The translations under genes and the position numbers were made by a program. A stretch of 64,000 bases of DNA. Source: Tubulanus polymorphus. Lineage: Eukaryota > Animalia > Nemertea. Numbering within the stretch: the stretch's first letter is position 1; every line of letters starts with the position of its first letter. The DNA lies in assembly GCF_964204645.1 (NCBI RefSeq), contig NC_134025.1, positions 7,378,001 through 7,442,000 on the forward strand. Direction: 5' to 3'. A model generated the notes under the pieces. The model had not been told where the DNA came from and searched no databases. It saw nothing but the letters and a program-made list of their open reading frames with translations. Shown here in pieces: positions 55,057-64,000 of the stretch.

Positions 55057-58000
55057 ATGGATCCAAAGATCGGATTTTGGACGCCGATTTATCTATTTAT
55101 TTGCCTGTTTATAAACAGATCGGTGGAGATTTCAGATCTTAGACGATGTGGCAATAAACAATGTACAGGTAAAATGAAATTACGGTGCCATACACACTTT
55201 CTGTACGAGCAAAAAAGTGGCCGACTCAGAAATAAATCTAAGTAAATTCACTTTATTTAATTTTCTACTGGTTTTTCAGTCGTTTGTGACTTAATCTAAT
55301 GTTTCAAAATCTACTCTCAAAAATATTAGTTGAATAAATGTACGATAATTATCACAACATAATTTCATTTCCTCGCCCGGTACATGAGCGCGATATGTCG
55401 ATGACATTGGCCGCCTTCAACAAGCAAGCCTTGTTCGCTTGGCCCAACCCAGCCCGCTACTCTAGCCCTACGGACATGTGGAAATCCAGTTTATATGATA
55501 ATGAGAAAAATTATATCCATTTTCCATGTGAAAACCTTGTTTACATCCTTCATTAGCGCTATCAAGAAATGTGAAATGTGAGGGATATTGATCAGACAAT
55601 TTTTTTTAACGTATCGTTAAACTATTCTATTTGTTATAGCTGTGATATCATTAGGAAGGGCTGTGATGGATCTCGATTCTCCTGATCCTGATATGCTAAA
55701 CTTCATCCAAGGCAATGTTGTCCGTATATATAGTAAACATGCCGGAAGTGAGAGACACTTTTGGGGAGGAGAGGTATGCCATTCCAATGTTTCCTTTCAA
55801 AAATTCGAACCCATTTTGTTGTTAGTAGCATTCTACCATTTGCCATTTGTTTTTTCTAGGTTAATAATAAGCATGGTTATTTTCCGAAAACATTTGTTAA
55901 AGAATTTAAAGTGTTTATCAGTCATCCACAACATGTTGTTCCAACTGGGGTAAGTTAAATTGGAATAAGATGTCGTTTGTTGGCATCCTGAAATCAATTG
56001 AATTGACGATTCATACTTTTCAATATTTCAGATTAATGATGCTAATGTAGATGCTGATCCAACCGAAGTTCAAGGTAAGATTTTCATTTATCAGTCATTT
56101 CTCTTTTCTAGCCATTACTAGTATTTTAAAATTTGCTAATATATTCTTATTAATGTATCAATCAATAGATTCAATTTCTCACTTTCAGAGGAACCTAAAG
56201 CTGTGAGTAACAAGAAAAGATATCTAAAAGAATGTACTAGTAGATTGAATACATGTATACCTGCAAAAACAAAATCAAAAATATATATTACCGGTATGTA
56301 TTTGCGCTGTGCATTTTAAAAGCCCAACACCTATTTTCATCTACTGACAGGTTTACCTTGAAACGGATGAGACCGAAATAAAGCCTGGCTCAACTGGAAT
56401 TATTAATATGGATCAAACTGTTAAAAAAGACTCTGATAAAGAAGAGGCTACGAACAAACAACCAGCCAAAAGTGCTAAAGCTGAGGAACCACCTGTTGCT
56501 CCATCAGCTCACGTGAAAGTACAAGCTTCAAGCCCTGATAAAACTGCGACTAGTTCGAATACTGAAGTTGATCCCACAGAGATGGGTGAAGATGAAAGCA
56601 AAACACCAGATCCAACTGAGATAAAATCAGGTAAAAAAAACTTGATGTATTCAAACCGAAAAGAAATTAAACCAATTTTATAAAAAAACATTCTAACAGT
56701 ATTTTATACATTGACACTGTCACAGGAAAAGATGAGGTAAAGACTGATTCTGCTGCACCTAATGACGTGACTAAGAAGGTGAAAATTTGATTGCTCATTG
56801 AAACATTTGAAGGCAGCCTTTGAGCATATATTCTTAAACCTAGTCTATGTTTGTATTCAGGAATCTCAAACTGAGGCGAAAAAAGTTGCAGAAAAAGTTC
56901 AAGATAAAAAAACTGAAGATGAAGAAAAAGACCCTACAGAACTTGATCCTACAGAGATGCCTGATTCGTCTGAAGAAGCAGCACCTCAAAAACCTGAAAA
57001 GGAAGAAAAATCTCAGAAACTGGAAGAGCCAAAGGTGAAAGTAGAAACAAATGAGAAACTTGATGGAATCACCAAAAATATCGTTGATGAACCTAAAGTT
57101 GAAGTAGTTAAGGAAACTAAAATACCAACTGATGTTGATCCAACTGAACAGAAAGAAGAGAAAGTCGTAGGGAAAACCGCTCCAATTGTTGAGAAGAAAG
57201 ATGTTGCATCAAAACAAGAAGCTGCAAATCCTGATGTTAACGGTGAGAAGAAATCTGTTGAGACCTCAAGCCCTGCAACTGCAAAGACTTCAACTATAGA
57301 TGACTCACAAAAATCAACAAAAAGTGAACAAGATAAAGAAACTAAGGATAAAAGTAATGAAGAACCCAAGAAAACTGAGGTAGATCCAACTGAAACCGAT
57401 GATGCAACCTCAACAGAAAAAGCAGAGTCTGTCTTGCCACAACAAACTACCGGTACTGTAGATGACATGGCCAAGGAAGCTTCTATGCCTGAAAGGAGTA
57501 AAATTGATCCAGATCCTCATCAAACTGATTCGCCAGTAAAGGAAGCCAGTGATGGTACAGAAGCTGTAAAACCAAAGGGAGAATGGCGTTTACGTAAAAA
57601 GGTTCGGGTGGCTCCTATAGAGGAAAAGAAAGAAGAGAAAAGTGACGTGAAACCTGTTGATGATAGTGAGAAGTCAGTTGTACCGGATGTAAAAGAAGCA
57701 ATTAATAATGTAACTGCTGAAAAACCTAGAGATGAATTACATCAAAACCTACCACAGCAATCTACAGATGAGAAGAAAGAGACAAACAGTGAAGTCAAAC
57801 CTTCTAATGATGCTCATGAAGAAAAGTCTGCCGACCCTGTTGGGAGTGATGATGAAAAAGAAACCAAGCCTAAAGGTGAATGGAGATTACGCAAAAAAGT
57901 TCGACAGCCTGATGAAGAGAAAAGTGAAGTAAAACATACTGTCAATCTAAAAGAAGGTATCTATTATGCTTTTTGATATGCCGGTATTGGCCTAAGTTCT

Positions 58001-61000
58001 CATTGGTCATCATAATCTAAAATGTCGTGTAGGTGTTCCTGATCTTTCCGACGAGAAAATGAAAGAAATTGCTCGCCAAAAGTTTTTACGTCGACGACAG
58101 CAAAGTTCAGAAGTTATCAATAATCTCTCAACTGAACCAATCGATAGTAGTGGTGAGTGTTTCATTTGAAAAACTGCAACCCTGCTAGTAGATTTGGAAA
58201 ATATTATTGGATACCAGTATAGATAATTGGACAAAATTGTGACTGATTTCAGAGACCAAAGACGAACCTGAAAAAAGTTCAAACGTAGAATTAACAAGTT
58301 CACAAGTGCAAGAAATTACACCTACAGTTGCAGCTTCAGAATCTGCAAGCCCATCTAGTTCGGCCCCAGTGGAGACTTCAGAACATATAAAGCCTACCCC
58401 CACTTCTGCATCTATCATATCTACAGCTATCACCGACGAATTATCAACTACTTCTGTCATCAAGCAGACTGAGTCAGCTACTGTTGAAATGATTCAATCA
58501 TCACTTACACCCGATATAGCTGAAATGTCTTCCGAATCGGCATCAATAGCTGAATCAACTCCAGAGGTTGAAATTTCTGTCGTCTCATCGTCAGTGGTTG
58601 TGGCACCGTCTAGTGTGGAAAGTTCTCTAAATATAGTTGAACCATCAGCATCTGTTCAAGCAGCTACATCGCCTGATGTTAGCCTATTTTCATCAAAAGT
58701 TGAACAACCTCCTCCAACACAAACAGAAGGTAGACCTATTTATAATGTTTTGGTAGATTTATTAGAAATTAGTCTCTTTTTTGGAATTTTGTATCTTAGA
58801 ATGCATAGTAAAACATAATTTGGCAGAATTATAGCAAGCTGATAATCCAAAAGCCTCTTGAATTATTTGGGTATAAACACTTGATGAATGTCAGTGACTG
58901 TATTTAAAGTGATCTATGGAAAACTTAAAGCTTTGTGCTTTCTTCTGAGCTTTTCGTTTTGCATTATGAAAGCTTGATCTAATATCTATTGCACTATTAA
59001 CCTACAGGCTGCTACTATCTGTCGTTCTTTATTGGAATATCTACTAAATTTCTGTCCTTGGTGAGCTTGTAGAGCTACCTGATTCTTTGTTCTTAGTTTA
59101 ACATTTACATTTAGAAATAAGCACGATTTACAGTAGTTCCTTAGTATAAACAACCATATATTTCTCGAATTACTTACCTCAAGGAAAAGTTCAATTTCTA
59201 ACCCACCCTTTTAGGCTGAGAAACATAATTCAGTATATGAACCCCTGACAAGGTGGTGGTGTTTCTTTCTAATGACCTTTTTGCGGGTTTCAGGTTCAGT
59301 TCAGAATGAAACCACTTCAGTACAAACTGGTATGCCTGGTTTTGGACTCGATACAAACAGTCCGTATCATACGGCAGATTTCGTTAGTCGTAGCCTGCTA
59401 CAGGATGGTAGTAAACCAGTCCAACCTGTTACTGAACAAACGGAACAGAAATTCAATGATGGTAGGCATATAATGTGTGTCTGTCTGATCCTCATATCAA
59501 AATACAGTACAGTTTGATGATTACTTTTATCTAAGGTTGGGTGTTGTTTTTCATTATCGTACCAGGACAAGTAAAAACTCCTACCTTAGAGGCCCTCAAG
59601 AAATATCTTGAGGGCCTCATTAACCCTACACATGCTTAGATTCGCTATATTTTACCGATCATCAAATTTCATCTTTGTCCTCTTTAACTTCACGCACACT
59701 GCTAGGCATTATTCATGCTGTTGAAAAACAATTATTGAATATAGACCTGTGTTCTGTTTTCTCTCGATAATTAGGACAGACTTCTAGCATGGTAACAGAT
59801 AAACAGGCTGATGTACCATCAGAAACTCCTGTTAAAGAACCTGAATCACAGGATATCACTGATGAGCAGAAATCTGAGCCAAATCAGGCAACCGACGTGC
59901 CTACAATGAGTGAGAGTGAACCTGCACCGAGCGAAGGAGAAAAGAAGTCAGGTACATGTACATACTTACACGCCTTACAGTGAACCTCCCTTTGCTCAAC
60001 ATGACCAACTCGGTCTTTTGACTAATTGGTCAAAAACGAAATCATTTTTCTGATTACCTTATGTCCTAGTTAGGTGCGGTTTGCTAGTTACCCGGCAGTA
60101 CTAATCATTCACATACATAAACTAATATCTTACTGATTTACAGCTGTTCCAACCGAGACTCCTAAAGATGATGTAAAAGTCAAAATTTCGCATCCTCAAC
60201 CGCCAAAAGTTACTAACGATCAACCAGCAGCAACGGGATCAGCGGGTGGAAATAAAGTTTTAGCGTTAGGAGTCCGATTAACAGATCCAGTTTTGCAAGT
60301 GATTATTGATCAGGTTAGTATAATAATAAAAATTATAAAGCTGATATAATGATGTATTTTATCTCATGCAACCATTAAGTTAATTCTTTTTGTTTTGTTA
60401 TGTTTTCTCAAGATACCAGATGGATTTCATCATATGTTGGACAACGATATGCTGGGGTTACCACCAAAGCACACATTATTTATATATATAGTCACTTCAA
60501 TACTGGTTTTACTTTTTACGTGTTGTTTCTTCTGTTCAATATGTGGTGGGGTAAGTAAACATAGTCATTATTTCCCAATGGAAGATACATGTAGCTGGTA
60601 TATTGATATACACGTGGTTATTGTTATTGTTACAGAATAAATCGGACAAGGTACTGAAAAAGTTAGAAAGCAGAGTACGGGCTTTAGATGAACAAATCTT
60701 CGTTACTTCGAGAGAAAAGGACAACTTTGAAGAACAGTGGAAGTTATCTGAAAACAAGGTATGTAATTTAGCCAGCGATTATAGATGAGCGATATGAAAC
60801 CTCGATGTATGAATTATTAATTGCTCCGTTTTAAGGCAAAGAAAGCTGAGGATAAACTGAAATCACACGAAGATTCAAAAACACGTTTACTGCTTGATCT
60901 TCAAAACTTTAAAGTAAGAATCTCGTTCACTAGAGAACCGGTATTTCAATGCTGTTCAGTTCAAATCTCTATATCTCTATTGATCTGTTTTCGTTCAAGT

Positions 61001-63866
61001 TGCACAACAGCGCTTTACAGAAACAAGTCAGCTCTTTGGAGAAGTCTAATCAGGAGAAAACTACTCAACTAGAATTACTGTGTCAGGAATCGGGGGGCAA
61101 AGAAGAACAGGTAAGAATTAAAACAAAAGGTTTTCTTTCATTTTCTTGGGTGGATTGTTTTTCGTTTTTTACTCAAAATCATGATGCCTAATCTTTTCCT
61201 GTGTCCAGATTTTGAGTGCTCAACACCAGTTGTTGCAAGTTGAAGAAACCACTGCATCGTTGCAGATGCAGCTATCGCAGGTGAGAATTGAAGTTAAGTG
61301 CCGCCATTATTCGCTTCTCGGCTGAAGAAAATTAAATGATTTTACAAAATCGTTTCGTTGTTTAGATGCAAGTATCTTTGCAAGACAAAACAACTTTAGT
61401 GGAATCATTAGAAGGACAATTGGAAGCTTTGAATGAAGAGTTGGAAGTTGTTAATCAAAGCAAACAACAATTATTGCAACAGAATGACGGTTGGGAGGAG
61501 AGGTAAGATTTTTGAAAAAATCCACAAATTCATATTACATTTACCATTTCGTTCTAATTTTATATAATTAAACTTTTAGAGTTACTGATCTTGAAGAGCA
61601 GTTATCTAGTCAGTGCAGTCAACAGAAAGAGTTACAAGAACAAGTTTCATTTAAAGAAAATGAAATTGAGGTGAGTTGAATGATATTGATACAAGCAGAT
61701 ACGTAATTTTCATGTACTGTACTGCCAATGTTTACCGAATGAAAAATAAATGCCATAAATCAGAGTTGATTCATAATTTCTATTGTAGGTGCTTCGAGAT
61801 TGTTTTCTGCAACTTAAAGCATTTGAAAGTCAAAGCGAAGACGGAGAGGATGGCGGCGAAGAGGGAGGAGAAGGAGGTAAGAATTGTAGAAATTGGAATT
61901 TTAGTGTAAAATTATTCTCAGCTGATAACCTCTTATTTCATTCCTGTCTTACAGATTCGGGAAATCCATCAGTAAAAGAGAAATTACAGGCTATGATGGA
62001 TGTATCAAGGGTAAGGACTCATTTTTCTATCGAGAACCAATCCATGTAACTGCCATTGGTTTGTGTATGATACGCGAAGTATAATGAATCATGATTTTGA
62101 TTGTAGGTGAATGCTATCCTTAAATCAGTTGAGGAGGATAAAACATCATTACATCAACGACTTATCATAGAACAGGAGTCTCGTAAAGAATTAGAAGGTT
62201 AGAAATGAATACCATTGGATCCAGTTCCATAGTCATAGTTGAAAGATTAAACTTATTCAAATAGATCTGTGAACTTGAATGAAATGAAAAAACGTTGATG
62301 TAAATGTTACCTGCAGTATTGGCTTATTGTTGCACGATGATTTGTAGATCAAATTGAAAAATTGAAATCCGAGGTTCAAACTTTACAAGAAGGTCACCAT
62401 CAGGCAGATAAACAAAGTCAAGAGTCGATGACTAAATTATCCGTATTATCAACATACTTTAAAGAGAAAGAAATGCAGCTTCAAAGGTATGTTTCCACTG
62501 AAGTGTGATTAGATACATTCATATTAGTTATGAGATAGTGAGGAAGATTATGTAATTTTCATTTAACCAGAGAGCTCGGAGAGCAGCAGGCCTTACGTAA
62601 ACAGACAGAAGGCAAAGCCAGTTTTTCAGATAGTAGATGTGAAGAATTAGAGACAGAAATGTCAATGTATAGGTGAGTTGAATATTAATTTACTGAAGTT
62701 TAACAATTCCCAATAACCACTGTTATTTGATTGATTAACTTATTAGAGGAATCAATTCTTCTATTTAATAGACAGCAGATTGAAGATCTTCAAAAAGAGA
62801 TATCCAATGTAGAAAGAGATTTTAGAATGCAGGTATACGAATACTGAATTAACACCATTGAACGATATGTGTATTAAAATGTTTAATTATCATTTGCTTA
62901 TTCAATGCTTACAACCTCTTTTAAGATATCGGTTCAAGAGAAAAAAGCACATGAGAATTGGGTAGGTTTATATAATCATTTCTACATTCCGTTCGTAGGT
63001 GTGGATATTACTCGATACTGTAATATAATCTTGCTATGATATTTTTTCTTCAGCTTACAGCGCGAGAAGCTGAACGGAAACTCAAAGAAGCTGAACAGAA
63101 TAACACTCTTCTTCGACAAAAGTAAGTTAATTTTGTATGGACATAATAGTATTTGCTCTAGAAAGTAAGCGCGATAAACTATGGGACTGACTCGTGTATT
63201 TCAGGCTTTCCGAGGTTGAAAATCGTAATCACTACGATGGAGTGATTCGACCATTGCCAACAAGGCCCTTACCACCTCCTGGTATGATGAATGGTCCACC
63301 ACCTCCACTACCTCTTGGAGATAGACCTATATCGAGGTCGTCTGGCATGCCCCCTTCACCTTTAATGAGGTAAATAACGATCATACTGACCAAAGAAATG
63401 ATTATCTTTACTTAATACTCTACTTATTGTATACCGGTTACAATTATTTTCAGAGATGCTGAGGTTGTGTCACCTCCGTTTGATAGGATGCCTCCTCCAC
63501 CTCTTGATCGACGACCATTCCTTCCCCCTGACCGGCCATTACCTCCTCGTGGACCTCCGCCTCCGTTAGACAGGCGGCCATATCCTCATCCAGACGGGCG
63601 ATCACCTCCTCTGATCGACCGACGACCATCTATGGACCGCCGGTCGCCGCCCCCTCCATTAGATCGACGACCGATGTCATCAATTGATCGTCGATCTCCG
63701 CCTCCTCCGATGGACCGACGTTTTAGCGACAGACGAAGTCCGCCTCCATATCGACACGCTCCGGATCCACGGATGGCGCCGCCTGGGGTTAGTCCGGTGC
63801 CGTACATGCCCCCTCAAGGTCCTCCACCACGAGGTCCACCTCCACACAGAAGAGATCTTGATCGAG
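55057..63866 (+). CDS. MIA3: Transport and Golgi organization protein 1 (TANGO1/MIA3 family), 3' end beyond the window
   Basis: Signal peptide, then the MIA-SH3 domain ISDLRRCGNKQC...LNFIQG.VVRIYSKHAG..FWGGEVNNKHGYFPKTFVKE. Long acidic and Ser/Thr-rich lumenal region, TM segment TLFIYIVTSILVLLFTCCFF, coiled coils with KLSVLSTYFKEKEMQLQRELG and QEKKAHENWLTAREAER, and a proline-rich tail. Includes a 14-nt microexon at 56189-56202. Confidence 0.93.
55335..55525. mobile_element. Possible degenerate MITE with a GC-rich core in TANGO1 intron 1
   Basis: Weak inverted ends (aaatgtacgataatt / aattatatccattt) around a GC-rich ~110-nt core. Confidence 0.35.
63480..63760 (+). repeat. Coding tandem repeat DRR(S/P)PPP in the TANGO1 proline-rich domain
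   Basis: About ten DR/DRR units such as DRRPFLPP, DRRSPPPPL and DRRSPPPY. Confidence 0.8.
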
Positions 63867-64000
63867 GTAAGTTGAAAAATTTCATTAATATGTCTTTAGT
63901 GGGAGGTTTATAGTGATACACTGGTTATTGTATAATCTATGTTGTTTGTCTGGTGTGGATGGTATAAATGATAAAAGTCCTGTGTTGTGTATTATATGTT

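Noticed and set aside
55338-55556. 72-aa nested ORF or HDV-like ribozyme in TANGO1 intron 1
   Set aside because: No protein motif. TCCTCG is present but I could not build the P1/P2/P3 nested pseudoknot.
59215-59252. Additional small TANGO1 exon
   Set aside because: Would leave a 40-nt intron and does not restore the frame.

Overview
AT-rich, gene-dense genomic DNA from an invertebrate animal (probably a lophotrochozoan; taxon inferred only from gene content and mostly 60-150 nt GT-AG introns). Thirteen spliced protein-coding units are readable. In order: MUS81 (5' part, -), BBS1 (+), an ependymin-related protein (+), a YdaC-like SAM methyltransferase (+), CD63-type tetraspanin (+), ARMC4/ODAD2 (-), an unrecognised 58-aa membrane microprotein and NDUFB1 apparently on one spliced mRNA (+), NEK2 (-), ZFYVE26/spastizin (+), GTPBP2 (-), DNAJC17 (-) and MIA3/TANGO1 (+, truncated at the window end). 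Four pairs are head-to-head. The 7.9-12.1 kb interval is a cluster of decayed transposons, and MITEs are scattered in introns. Best leads: (1) a bicistronic microprotein-NDUFB1 transcript with leaky-scanning hallmarks; (2) a DUF547-like domain inside spastizin; (3) a ~380-nt strand-specific multibranch RNA structure in CD63 intron 1; (4) NEK2 alternative C-termini with different APC/C degrons; (5) readable CLEAR/M-box, CDE-CHR/NF-Y, X-box and paired B-box motifs. All identifications are by eye from remembered family motifs, without database searches. Exon boundaries are manual.
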